This document shows positions 12,001 to 27,000 of a stretch of DNA of 64,000 nt, one piece after another (positions within the stretch are counted from its first letter, which is position 1; each line of letters opens with the position of its first letter). The stretch is from Eledone cirrhosa (Eukaryota): contig OZ024743.1 in assembly GCA_964016885.1 (NCBI GenBank), positions 276,954,001 through 277,018,000 of the forward strand, read 5' to 3'. The notes below the pieces were generated by a model that was not told the DNA's origin, did no database searches, and was given only the letters and a program-made list of their open reading frames with translations. The translations under genes and the position numbers were made by a program.

Positions 12001-15000
12001 TGTCTGATACTGGGGAAATCAAAGATTACTGGTGTCTGATCCTGAATAAAATTAAGATTACTGGTGTGTGATACTGGGGAAAATTAAGATTACTGGTGTC
12101 TGATACTGGATAAAATTAAGATTACTGGTGTCTGATACTGGACAAAATTAAGATCACTGGTGTCTGAAACTGAGGAAAATTAAGATTACTGGTGTCTGAT
12201 ACAGGTTAAAATTTAGATTACTGGTGTCTGATACTGGGGAAATCAAAGATTACTGGTGTCTGATACTGCATAAAATTAAGATTACTGGTGTCTGATACTG
12301 GATAAAATTAAGATTACTGGTGTCTGATACTGGATAAAATTAATATTACTGGTGTCTGATACTGGATAAAATTAAGATTATTGGTGTGTGATACTGGGGA
12401 AAATTAAGATTACTGGTGTCTGATACTGGATAAAATTAACATTACTGGTGTCTGATACTGGATAAAACTTATATTACTGGTGTCTGATACTGGATAAAAT
12501 TATGATTACTGGTGTGTGATACTGGGGAAAATTAAGATTACTGGTGTCTGATACTGGGGAAAATTAAGATTACTGGTGTCTGATGCTGGGGAAATCAAAG
12601 ATTACTGGTGTCTGATACTGGATAAAATTATGATTACTGGTGTCTGATACTGGATAAAATTAACATTACTGGTGTCTGATACTGGATAAAACTAATATTA
12701 CTGGTGTCTGATACTGGATAAAATTATGATTACTGGTGTGTGATACTGGGGAAAATTAAGATTACTGGTGTCTGATACTGTGGAAAATTAAGATTACTGG
12801 TGCCTGATACTGGGGAAAATTAAGATTACTGGTATCTGATACTGGATAAAATTAAGATTACTGGTATCTGATACTGGATAAAACTAACATTACTGGTGTC
12901 TGATACTGGATAAAACTAACATTACTGGTGTCTGATACTGGGGAAAATTAACATTACTGGTGTCTGATACTGGATAAAACTAACATTACTGGTGTCTGAT
13001 ACTGGATAAAACTAACATTACTGGTGTCTGATACTGGGGAAAATTTACATTACTGGTGTCTGATACTGGATAAAACTAACATTACTGGTGTCTGATACTG
13101 CATAAAATTAAGATTACTGGTGTCTGATACTGGATAAAATTAACATTACTGGTGTCTGATACTGGATAAAATTAAGATTACTGGTGTCTGATACTGGATA
13201 AAATTAAGATAACTGGTGTCTGTTACTGGATAAAATTAAGATTACTGGTGTCTGATACTGCATAAAATTAAGATTACTGGTGTCTGATACTGGATAAAAT
13301 TATGGTTACTGGTGTCTGATACTGTGGAAAATTAAGATTACTGGTGTCTGATACTGCGGAAAATTAAGATTACTGGTGTCTGATGCTGGGGAAATCAAAG
13401 ATTACTGGTGTCTGATACTGGATAAAATTATGATTACTGGTGTCTGATAATGTGGAAAATTAATAATACTGGTGTCTGATACTGGATAAAATTAAGATTA
13501 CTGGTGTCTGATACTGTAGAAAATTAAGATTACTGGTGTCTGATACTGTGGAAAATTAAGATTAATGGTGTCTGATACTGGATAAAATTAAGATTACTGG
13601 TGTCTGATACTGGATAAAATTATGATGACTGGTGTCTGATACTGGGGAAAATTAAGATTACTGGTGTCTGATGCTGGGCAAATCAAAGATTACTGGTGTC
13701 TGATACTGGATAAAATAAAGATTTCTGGTGTGTGATATTGTTGAAAATTAAGATTACTGGTGTCTGATACAGGTTAAAATTTAGATTACTGGTGTCTGAT
13801 ACTGGGGAAAATTAAGATTACTGGTGTCTGATACTGGGGAAAATTATGATTACTGCTGTCTGATACTTGGGAAAATTAAGATTACTGGTGTCTGATACTG
13901 GATAAAATTAAGATTACTGGTGTCTGATACTGGACAAAATTAAGATCACTGGTGTCTGAAACTGAGGAAAATTAAGATTACTGGTGTCTGATACAGGTTA
14001 AAATTTAGATTACTGGTGTCTGATACTGGGGAAAATTAAGATTACTGGTGTCTGATACTGGATAAAATTAAGATGACTGGTGTCTGATACTGGGGAAAAT
14101 TATGATTACTGGTGTCTGATACTGGGGAAAATGAAGATTACTGGTGTCTGATACTGGATAAAATTAAGATTACTGGTGTCTGATACTGCGGAAACTTAAG
14201 ATTACTGGTGTCTGATACTGGGGAAAATTAAGATTACTGGTGTCTGATGCTGGGGAAATCAAAGATTACTGGTGTCTGATACTGGATAAAATTATGATTA
14301 CCGGTGTCTGATAGTGTGGAAAATTAAGATTACTGGTGTCTGATACTGTGGAAAATTAAGATTACTGGTGTCTGATGCTGGGGAAATCAAAGATTACTGG
14401 TGTCTGATACTGGATAAAATTATGATTACTGGTGTCTGATACTGTGGAAAATTAAGATTACTGGTGTCTGATACTGTGGAAAATTAAGATTACTGGTGTC
14501 TGATACTGGGGAAAATTAAGATTACTGCTGTCTGAAACTGGGGAAAATTAATATTACTGGTGTCTGATACTGGATAAAATTAAGATTACTGGTGTCTAAT
14601 ACTGGGGAAAACTAAGATTAATGGTGTCTGATACTGGATAAAATTAAGATTACTGGTGTCTGATACTGGATAAAATTAAGATAACTGGTGTCTGATACCG
14701 GGGAAAATTAAGATTACTGGTGTCTGAAACTGGGGAAAATTAAGATTACTGGTGTCTGATACTGGTTAAAATTAAGATTACTGGTGTCTGATACTGGGGA
14801 AAATTAAGATTACTGGTGTCTGAAACTGGGGAAAATTAAGATTACTGGTGTCTGATACTGGTTAAAATTAAGATTACTGGTGTCTGATACTGGATAAAAT
14901 TAAGATTACTGGTGTCTGATACTGGGGAAAATTAAGATTACTGGTGTCTGAAACTGGGGAAAATTAAGATTACTGGTGTCTGATACTGGTTAAAATTAAG

Positions 15001-18000
15001 ATTACTGGTGTCTGATACTGGATAAAATTAAGATTACTGGTGTCTGATACTGGGGAAAATTAAGATTACTGGTGTCTGAAACTGGGGAAAATTAAGATTA
15101 CTGGTGTCTGATACTGGATAAAATTATGATTACTGGTGTGTGATACTGGGGAAAATTAAGATTACTGGTGTCTGATACTGGGGAAAATTAAGATTACTGG
15201 TGTCTGATGCTGGGGAAATCAAAGATTACTGGTGTCTGATACTGGGGAAAATTAAGCTTACTGGTATCTGATACTGGATAAAATTAAGATTACTGGTGTC
15301 TGATACTGGATAAAACTAACATTACTGGTGTCTGATACTGGGGAAAAGTAACATTACTGGTGTCTGATACTGGATAAAACTAACATTACTGGTGTTTGAT
15401 ACTGGGGAAAATTAACATTACTGGTGTCTGATACTGGATAAAATTAACATTACTGGTGTCTGATACTGGATAAAATTAACATTACTGGTGTCTGATACTG
15501 GATAAAATTAAGATTACTGGTGTGTGATACTTGGGAAAATTAAGATTACTGGTGTCTGATACTGGATAAAATTAAGATAACTGGTGTCTGATACTGGGGA
15601 AAATTAAGATTACTGGTGTCTGATAGTGGGGAAAATTAAGATTACTGGTGTCTGATACTGGATAAAATTAAGATTACTGGTGTCTGATTCTGGGGAAGAT
15701 TAAGATTACTGGTGTCTGATACTGGATAAAATTAAGATTACTGGTGTCTGATACTGGGGAAGATTAAGATTACTGGTGTCTGATACTGGATAAAATTAAG
15801 ATTACTGGTGTCTGATACTGGGGAAGATTAAGATTACTGGTGTCTGATACTGGTTAAAATTAAGATTACTGGTGTCTGATACTGGGGAAAATTAAGATTA
15901 CTGGTGTCTGATACTGGTTAAAATTAAGATTACTGGTGTCTGATACTGGTTAAAATGAAGATTACAGGTGTCTGATACTGGTTAAAATTAAGATTACTGG
16001 TGTCTGATACTGGGGAAAATTAAGATTACTGGTGTCTGATACTGTATAAAATTAAGATTACTGGTGTCTGATACTGGTTAAAATGAAGAATACAGGTGTC
16101 TGATTATGGTTAAAATTAAGATTACTGGTGTCTGATACTGGGGAAGATTAAGATTACTGGTGTCTGATACTGGATAAAATTAAGATTACTGGTGTCTGAT
16201 ACTGGGGAAGATTAAGATTACTGGTGTCTGATACTGGTTAAAATTAAGATTACTGGTGTCTGATACTGGGGAAAATTAAGATTACTGGTGTCTGATACTG
16301 GTTAAAATTAAGATTACTGGTGTCTGATACTGGTTAAAATGAAGATTACAGGTGTCTGATACTGGTTAAAATTAAGATTACTGGTGTCTGATACTGGGGA
16401 AAATTAAGATTACTGGTGTCTGATACTGTATAAAATTAAGATTACTGGTGTCTGATACTGGTTAAAATGAAGATTACAGGTGTCTGATACTGGTTAAAAT
16501 TAAGATTACTGGTGTCTGATACTGGGGAAAATTAAGATTACTGGTGTCTGATACTGTATAAAATTAAGATTACTGGTGTCTGATACTGGGGAAAATTCAG
16601 ATTACTGGTGTCTGATACTGGTTAAAATGAAGATTACAGGTGTCTGATACTGGTTAAAATTAAGATTACTGGTGTCTGATACTGGGGAAAATTAAGATTA
16701 CTGGTGTCTGATACTGTATAAAATTAAGATTACTGGTGTCTGATACTGGTTAAAATGAAGATTACAGGTGTCTGATACTGGTTAAAATTAAGATTACTGG
16801 TGTCTGATACTGGGGAAAATTAAGATTACTGGTGTCTGATACTGTATAAAATTAAGATCACTGGTGTCTGATACTGGGGAAAATTAACATTACTGGTGTC
16901 TGATGTGGGGAAAATTAAGATTGCTTGTGTCTGATTCTGGGGAAGATTAAGATTACTGGTGTCTGATACTGGGGAAAATTAAGATTACTGGTGTCTGATA
17001 CTGGGGAAAATTAAGATTACTGGTGTCTGATAATGGGGAAGATTAAGATTACTGGTGTCTGATACTGGATAAAATTAAGATTACTGGTGTCTGATACTGG
17101 GGAAAATTAAGATTACTGGTGTCTGATACTGGGGAAGATTAAGATTACTGGTGTCTGATACTGGTGAAAATTAAGATTACTGGTGTCTGATACTGAGGAA
17201 AATTAAGATTACTGGTGTCTGATACTGGATAAAATTAAGATTACTGGTGTCTGATACTGGGGAAAATTAAGATTACTGGTGTCTGATACTGGGGAAGATT
17301 AAGATTACTGGTGTCTGATACTGGTGAAAATTAAGATTACTGGTGTCTGATACTGGGGAAAATTAAGATTACTGGTGTCTGATACTGGGGAAAATTAAGA
17401 TTACTTGTGTCTGATACTAGGGAAAATAAAGATAACTGGTGTCTGATACTGGGGAAAATTAAGATTACTGGTGTCTGATACTGGATAAAATTAACATTAC
17501 TGGTGTCTGATACTGGATAAAACTAACAATACTGGTGTCTGATACTGGGGAAAATTAAGATTACTTGTGTCTGATACTAGGGAAAATTAAGATAACTGGT
17601 GTCTGATACTGGGGAAAATTAAGATTACTGGTGTCTGATACTGGATAAAATTAAGATTACTGGTGTCTGATACTGGGGAAAATTAAGATTACTGGTGTCT
17701 GATACTGGATAAAATTAAGATAACTGGTGTCTGGTACTGGGGAAAATTAAGATTACTTGTGTCTGATACTAGGGAAAATTAAGATCACTGGTGTCTGATA
17801 CTGGATAAAATTAAGATAACTGGTGTCTGATACTGGGGAAGATTAAGATTACTGGTGTCTGATACTGGTTAAAGTTAAGATTACTGGTGTCTGATACTGG
17901 GGAAGATTAAGATTACTTGTGTCTGATACTGGATAAAGTTAAGATTACTGGTGTCTGATACTGGGGAAGATTAACATTACTGGTGTCTGATACTGGATAA

Positions 18001-21000
18001 AATTAAGATTACTGGTGTCTGATACTGGGGAAGATTAACATTACTGGTGTCTGATACTGGTTAAAGTTAAGATTACTGGTGTCTGATACTGGGGAAGATT
18101 AAGATTACTGGTGTCTGATACTGGATAAAATTAAGATTACTGGTGTCTGATACTGGATAAAATTAAGATTACTGGTGTCTGATACTGGGGAAGATTAAGA
18201 TTACTGGTGTCTGATACTGGATAAAATTAAGATAACTGGTGTCTGATACTGGGGAAAATTAAGATTACTGGTATCTGATAGTGGGGAAAATTAAGATTAC
18301 TGGTGTCTGATACTGGATAAAATTAAGATTACTGGTGTCTGATACTGGGGAAGATTAAGATTACTGGTGTCTGATACTGGTTAAAATTAAGATTACTGGT
18401 GTCTGATACTGGGGAAAATTAAGATTACTGGTGTCTGATACTGGTTAAAATTAAGATTACTGGTGTCTGATACTGGTTAAAATGAAGATTACAGGTGTCT
18501 GATACTGGTTAAAATTAAGATTACTGGTGTCTGATACTGGGGAAAATTAAGATTACTGGTGTCTGATACTGTATAAAATTAAGATTACTGGTGTCTGATA
18601 CTGGTTAAAATGAAGATTACATGTGTCTGATACTGGTTAAAATTAAGATTACTGGTGTCTGATACTGGGGAAAATTAAGATTACTGGTGTCTGATACTGT
18701 ATAAAATTAAGATTACTGGTGTCTGATACTGGGGAAAATTAACATTACTGGTCTCTGATGTGGGGAAGATTAAGATTACTGGTGTTTGATACAGGGGAAA
18801 TTTAAGATTACTGGTGTCTGATACTGGGGAAAATTAAGATTACTGGTGTCTGATAATTGGGAAAATTAAGATTACTGGTGTCTGATACTGGGGAAAATTA
18901 AGATTACTGGTGTCTGATACTGGGGAAGATTAAGATTACTGGTGTCTGATACTGGGGAAAATTAAGATTACTGGTGTCTGATACTGGGGAAGATAAAGAT
19001 TACTGGTGTCTGATACTGGGGAAAATTAAGATTACTGGTGTCTGATACTGGGGAAAATTAAGATTACTGATGTCTGATAATGGGGAAGATTAAGATTACT
19101 GGTGTCTGATACTGGATAAAATTAAGATTACTGGTGTCTGATACTGGGGAAAATTAAGATTACTGGTGTCTGATACTGGGGAAGATTAAGATTACTGGTG
19201 TCTGATACTGGTGAAAATTAAGATTACTGGTGTCTGATACTGAGGAAAATTAAGATTACTGGTGTCTGATACTGGATAAAATTAAGATTACTGGTGTCTG
19301 ATACTGGGGAAAATTAAGATTACTGGTGTCTGATACTGGGGAAGATTAAGATTACTGGTGTCTGATACTGGTGAAAATTAAGATTACTGGTGTCTGATAC
19401 TGGGGAAAATTAAGATTACTGGTGTCTGATACTGGGGAAAATTAAGATTACTTGTGTCTGATACTAGGGAAAATAAAGATAACTGGTGTCTGATACTGGG
19501 GAAAATTAAGATTACTGGTGTCTGATACTGGATAAAATTAAGATTACTGGTGTCTGATACTGGGGAAAATTAAGATTACTGGTGTCTGATACTGGGGAAA
19601 ATTAAGATTACTTGTGTCTGATACTAGGGAAAATTTAGATAACTGGTGTCTGCTACTGGGGAAAATTAAGATTACTGGTGTCTGATACTGGATAAAATGA
19701 AGATTACAGGTGTCTGATACTGGTTAAAATTAAGATTACTGGTGTCTGATACTGGGGAAAATTAAGATTACTGGTGTCTGATACTGTATAAAATTAAGAT
19801 TACTGGTGTCTGATACTGGTTAAAATGAAGAATACAGGTGTCTGATTATGGTTAAAATTAAGATTACTGGTGTCTGATACTGGGGAAGATTAAGATTACT
19901 GGTGTCTGATACTGGATAAAATTAAGATTACTGGTGTCTGATACTGGGGAAGATTAAGATTACTGGTGTCTGATACTGGTTAAAATTAAGATTACTGGTG
20001 TCTGATACTGGGGAAAATTAAGATTACTGGTGTCTGATACTGGTTAAAATTAAGATTACTGGTGTCTGATACTGGTTAAAATGAAGATTACAGGTGTCTG
20101 ATACTGGTTAAAATTAAGATTACTGGTGTCTGATACTGGGGAAAATTAAGATTACTGGTGTCTGATACTGTATAAAATTAAGATTACTGGTGTCTGATAC
20201 TGGTTAAAATGAAGATTACAGGTGTCTGATACTGGTTAAAATTAAGATTACTGGTGTCTGATACTGGGGAAGATTAACATTACTGGTGTCTGATACTGGT
20301 TAAAGTTAAGATTACTGGTGTCTGATACTGGATAAAATTAAGATTATTGGTGTCTGATTCTGGGGAAGATTAAGATTACTAGTGTCTGATACTGGATAAA
20401 ATTAAGATTATTGGTGTCTGATTCTGGGGAAGATTAAGATTACTGGTGTCCGATAATTGGGAAAATTAAGATTACTGGTGTCTGATACTGGTGTCTGATA
20501 CTGGTTAAAGTTAAGATTACTGGTGTCTGATACTGGGGAAGATTAAGATTACTGGTGTCTGATACTGGATAAGATTAAGATTACTGGTGTCTGATACTGG
20601 ATAAAATTAAGATTACTGGTGTCTGATACTGGGGAAGATTAAGATTACTGGTGTCTGATACTGGATAAAATTAAGATTACTGGTGTCTGATACTGGGGAA
20701 AATTAAGATTACTGGTGTCTGATAATTGGGAAAATTAAGATTACTGGTGTCTGATACTTGGGAAGATTAAGATTACTGGTGTCTGATAATTGGGAAAATT
20801 AAGATTACTGGTGTCTGATACTTGGGAAGATTAAGATTACTGGTGTCTGATAATTGGGAAAATTAAGATTACTGGTGTCTGATACTGGGGAAGATTAAGA
20901 TTACTGGTGTCTGATAATTGGGAAAATTAAGATTACTGGTCTCTGATACTTGGGAAGATTAAGATTACTGGTGTCTGATAATTGGGAAAATTAAGATTAT

Positions 21001-24000
21001 TGGTGTCTGATGCTGGATAAAATTAAGATTACTGGTGTCTGATACTGGGGAAGATTAAGATTACTGGTGTCTGCTACTGGATAAAATTAAGATTACTGGT
21101 GTCTGATACTGGATAAAATTAAGATTACTGGTGTCTGATACTGGGGAAGATTAAGATTACTGGTGTCTGATAATTGGGAAAATTAAGATTACTGTTGTCT
21201 GATGCTGGATAAAATTTAGATTAGTGGTGTCTGATACTGGGGAAGATGAAGATTACTGGTGTCTGAAACTGGGGAAAATTAAGATTACTGGTGTCTGATA
21301 CTGGTTAAAATTTAGATTACTGGTGTCTGATACTGGGGAAAATTAAGAATACTGGTGTCTGATACTGGGGAAAATTAAGATTACTGGTGTCTGATACTGC
21401 GGAAAATTAAGATTACTGGTGTCTGATACTGGGGAAAATTAAGATTACTGGTGTCTGATACTGGATAAAATTAAGATTACTGGTGTCTGATACTGGGGAA
21501 AATTAAGAATACTGGTGTCTGATACTGGATAAAATTAAGATAACTGGTATCTTATACTGGGGAAAATTATGATTACTGGTGTCTGATACTGGGGAAAATT
21601 AAGATTACTGGTGTCTGATACTGGATAAAATTAAGATTACTGGTGTCTGATACTGGGGAAAATTAAGATTACTGGTGTCTGATGCTGGGGAAAACAAAGA
21701 TTACTGGTGTCTGATACTGGATAAAATTATGATTACTGGTGTCTGACACTGTGGAAAATTAAGATTACTGGTGTCTGATACTGGATAAAATTATGATTAA
21801 CGGTGTCTGATACGGTGGAAAATTAAGATTACTGGTGTCTGATACTGCGGAAAATTAAGATTACTGGTGTCTGATGCTGGGGAAATCAAAGATTACTGGT
21901 GTCTGATACTGGATAAAATTATGATTACTGGTGTCTGATACTGTGGAAAATTAAGATTACTGGTGTCTGATGCTGGGGAAATCAAAGATTACTGGTGTCT
22001 GATATGGATAAAATTAAGATTACTGGTGTCTGATACTGTAGAAAATTAAGATTACTGGTGTCTGATACTGCGGAAAATTAAGATTACTGGTGTCTGATGC
22101 TGGATAAAATTATGATTACTGGTGTCTGATACTGGGGAAAATTAAGATTACTGGTGTCTGATGCTGGGGAAATCAAAGATTACTGGTGTCTGATACTGGA
22201 TAGAATAAAGATTACTGGTGTGTGATACTGTTGAAAATTAAGATTACTGGTGTCTGATACTGGGTAAAATTAAGATTACTGGAGTGTGATACTGGGGAAA
22301 ATTAAGATTACTGGTGTCTGATATTGGTTAAAATTTAGATTACCGGTGTCTGACACTGGGGAAATCAAAGATTACTGGTGTCTGATCCTGAATAAAATTA
22401 AGATTACTGGTGTGTGATACTGGATAAAATTAAGATTACTGGTGTCTGATCCTGAATAAAATTAAGATTACTGGTGTCTGAAACTGAGGAAAATTAAGAT
22501 TACTGGTGTCTGATACAGGTTAAAATTTAGATTACTGGTGTCTGATACTGGGGAAATCAAAGATTACTGGTGTCTGATACTGCATAAAATTAAGATTACT
22601 GGTGTCTGATACTGGATAAAATTAAGATTACTGGTGTCTGATACTGGATAAAATTAATATTACTGGTGTCTGATACTGGATAAAATTAAGATTATTGGTG
22701 TCTGATACTAGGGAAAATTAAGATTACTGGTGTCTGATACTGGGAAAAATTATGATTACTGGTGTCTGATACAGGATAAAATTAACATTACTGGTGTCTG
22801 ATACTGGATAAAACTTATATTACTGGTGTCTGATACTGGATAAAATTATGATTACTGGTGTGTGATACTGGGGAAAATTAAGATTACTGGTGTCTGATAC
22901 TGGGGAAAATTAAGATTACTGGTGTCTGATGCTGGGGAAATCAAAGATTACTGGTGTCTGATACTGGATAAAATTATGATTACTGGTGTCTGATACTGGA
23001 TAAAATTAACATTACTGGTGTCTGATACTGGATAAAACTAATATTACTGGTGTCTGATACTGGATAAAATTATGATTACTGGTGTGTGATACTGGGGAAA
23101 ATTAAGATTACTGGTGTCTGATACTGTGGAAAATTAAGATTACTGGTGCCTGATACTGGGGAAAATTAAGATTACTGGTATCTGATACTGGATAAAATTA
23201 AGATTACTGGTATCTGATACTGGATAAAACTAACATTACTGGTGTCTGATACTGGGGAAAATTAACATTACTGGTGTCTGATACTGGATAAAACTAACAT
23301 TACTGGTGTCTGATACTGGATAAAACTAACATTACTGGTGTCTGATACTGGGGAAAATTTACATTACTGGTGTCTGATACTGGATAAAATTAAGATTACT
23401 GGTGTCTGATACTGGATAAAATTAAGATTACCGGTGTCTGATACTGGATAAAATTAAGATTACTGGTGTCTGATACTGGATAAAATTATGGTTACTGGTG
23501 TCTGATACTGTGGAAAATTAAGATTACTGGTGTCTGATACTGCGGAAAATTAAGATTACTGGTGTCTGATGCTGGGGAAATCAAAGATTACTGGTGTCTG
23601 ATACTGGATAAAATTATGATTACTGGTGTCTGATACTGTGGAAAATTAATAATACTGGTGTCTGATACTGGATAAAATTAAGATTACTGGTGTCTGATAC
23701 TGTAGAAAATTAAGATTACTGGTGTCTGATACTGTGGAAAATTAAGATTAATGGTGTCTGATACTGGATAAAATTAAGATTACTGGTGTCTGATACTGGA
23801 TAAAATTATGATTACTGGTGTCTGATACTGGGGAAAATTAAGATTACTGGTGTCTGATGCTGGGGAAATCAAAGATTACTGGTGTCTGATACTGGATAAA
23901 ATAAAGATTTCTGGTGTGTGATATTGTTGAAAATTAAGATCACTGGTGTCTGATACAGGTTAAAATTTAGATTACTGGTGTCTGATACTGGGGAAAATTA

Positions 24001-27000
24001 AGATTACTGGTGTCTGATACTGGGGAAAATTATGATTACTGGTGTCTGATACTGGGGAAAATTAAGATTACTGGTGTCTGATACTGGATAAAATTAAGAT
24101 TACTGGTGTCTGATACTGGATAAAATTAAGATTACTGGTGTCTGATACTGGATAAAATTAAGATTACTGGTGTCTGATACTGGATAAAATTAAGATTACT
24201 GGTGTCTGATACTGGACAAAATTAAGATCACTGGTGTCTGAAACTGAGGAAAATTAAGATTACTGGTGTCTGATACAGGTTAAAATTTAGATTACTGGTG
24301 TCTGATACTGTGGAAAATTAAGATTACTGGTGTCTGATACTGTGGAAAATTAAGATTACTGGTGTCTGATACTGGGGAAAATTAAGATTACTGCTGTCTG
24401 AAACTGGGGAAAATTAAGATTACTGGTGTCTGATACTGGGGAAATCAAAGATTACTGGTGTCTGATACTGGATAAAATTATGATTACTGGTGTCTGATAC
24501 TGGATAAAATTAACATTACTGGTGTCTGATACTGGATAAAACTAATATTACTGGTGTCTGATACTGGATAAAATTATGATTACTGGTGTGTGATACTGGG
24601 GAAAATTAAGATTACTGGTGTCTGATACTGTGGAAAATTAAGATTACTGGTGCCTGATACTGGGGAAAATTAAGATTACTGGTATCTGATACTGGATAAA
24701 ATTAAGATTACTGGTATCTGATACTGGATAAAACTAACATTACTGGTGTCTGATACTGGATAAAACTAACATTACTGGTGTCTGATACTGGGGAAAATTA
24801 ACATTACTGGTGTCTGATACTGGATAAAACTAACATTACTGGTGTCTGATACTGGATAAAACTAACATTACTGGTGTCTGATACTGGATAAAATTAACAT
24901 TACTGGTGTCTGATACTGGATAAAATTAAGATTACTGGTGTCTGATACTGGATAAAATTAAGATTACTGGTGTCTGTTACTGGATAAAATTAAGATTACT
25001 GGTGTCTGATACTGGATAAAATTAAGATTACTGGTGTCTGATACTGGATAAAATTATGGTTACTGGTGTCTGATACTGTGGAAAATTAAGATTACTGGTG
25101 TCTGATACTGCGGAAAATTAAGATTACTGGTGTCTGATGCTGGGGAAATCAAAGATTACTGGTGTCTGATACTGGATAAAATTATGATTACTGGTGTCTG
25201 ATACTGTGGAAAATTAATAATACTGGTGTCTGATACTGGATAAAATTAAGATTACTGGTGTCTGATACTGTAGAAAATTAAGATTACTGGTGTCTGATAC
25301 TGTGGAAAATTAAGATTAATGGTGTCTGATACTGGATAAAATTAAGATTACTGGTGTCTGATACTGGATAAAATTATGATTACTGGTGTCTGATACTGGG
25401 GAAAATTAAGATTACTGGTGTCTGATGCTGGGGAAATCAAAGATTACTGGTGTCTGATACTGGATAAAATAAAGATTTCTGGTGTGTGATATTGTTGAAA
25501 ATTAAGATCACTGGTGTCTGATACAGGTTAAAATTTAGATTACTGGTGTCTGATACTGGGGAAAATTAAGATTACTGGTGTCTGATACTGGGGAAAATTA
25601 TGATTACTGGTGTCTGATACGGGGGAAAATTAAGATTACTGGTGTCTGATACTGGATAAAATTAAGATTACTGGTGTCTGATACTGGACAAAATTAAGAT
25701 CACTGGTGTCTGAAACTGAGGAAAATTAAGATTACTGGTGTCTGATACAGGTTAAAATTTAGATTACTGGTGTCTGACACTGTGGAAAATTAAGATTACT
25801 GGTGTCTGATACGGTGGAAAATTAAGATTACTGGTGTCTGATACTGGGGAAAATTAAGATTACTGCTGTCTGAAACTGGGGAAAATTAAGATTACTGGTG
25901 TCTGATACTGGTTAAAATTTAGATTACTGGTGTCTGATACTGGATAAAATTAAGATTACTGGTCTCTGATACTGGGGAAAATTAATATTACTGGTGTCTG
26001 ATACTGGATAAAATTAAGATTACTGGTGTCTAATACTGGGGAAAACTAAGATTAATGGTGTCTGATACTGGATAAAATTAAGATTACTGGTGTCTGATAC
26101 TGGATAAAATTAAGATAACTGGTGTCTGATACTGGGGAAAATTAAGATTACTGGTGTCTGAAACTGGGGAAAATTAAGATTACTGGTGTCTGATACTGGT
26201 TAAAATTAATATTAGTGGTGTCTGATACTGGATAAAACTAATATTACTGGTGTCTCATACTGGATAAAATTATGATTACTGGTGTGTGATACTGGGGAAA
26301 ATTAAGATTACTGGTGTCTGATACTGGGGAAAATTAAGATTACTGGTGTCTGATGCTGGGGAAATCAAAGATTACTGGTGTCTGATACTGGGGAAAATTA
26401 AGCTTACTGGTGTCTGATACTGGGGAAAATTAAGATTACTGGTGTCTGATACTGGATAAAATTAAGATTACTGGTGTCTGATACTGGATAAAACTAACAT
26501 TACTGGTGTTTGATACTGGGGAAAATTAACATTACTGGTGTCTGATACTGGATAAAATTAACATTACTGGTGTCTGATACTGGATAAAATTAACATTACT
26601 GGTGTCTGATACTGGATAAAATTAACATTACTGGTGTCTGATACTGGATAAAATTAACATTACTGGTGTCTGATACTGGATAAAATTAAGATTACTGGTG
26701 TGTGATACTTGGGAAAATTAAGATTACTGGTGTCTGATACTGGATAAAATTAAGATAACTGGTGTCTGATACTGGATAAAATTAAGATTACTGGTGTCTG
26801 ATACTGGATAAAATTAACATTACTGGTGTCTGATACTGGATAAAATTAACATTACTGGTGTCTGATACTGGATAAAATTAAGATTACTGGTGTGTGATAC
26901 TTGGGAAAATTAAGATTACTGGTGTCTGATACTGGATAAAATTAAGATAACTGGTGTCTGATACTGGGGAAAATTAAGATTACTGGTGTCTGATAGTGGG

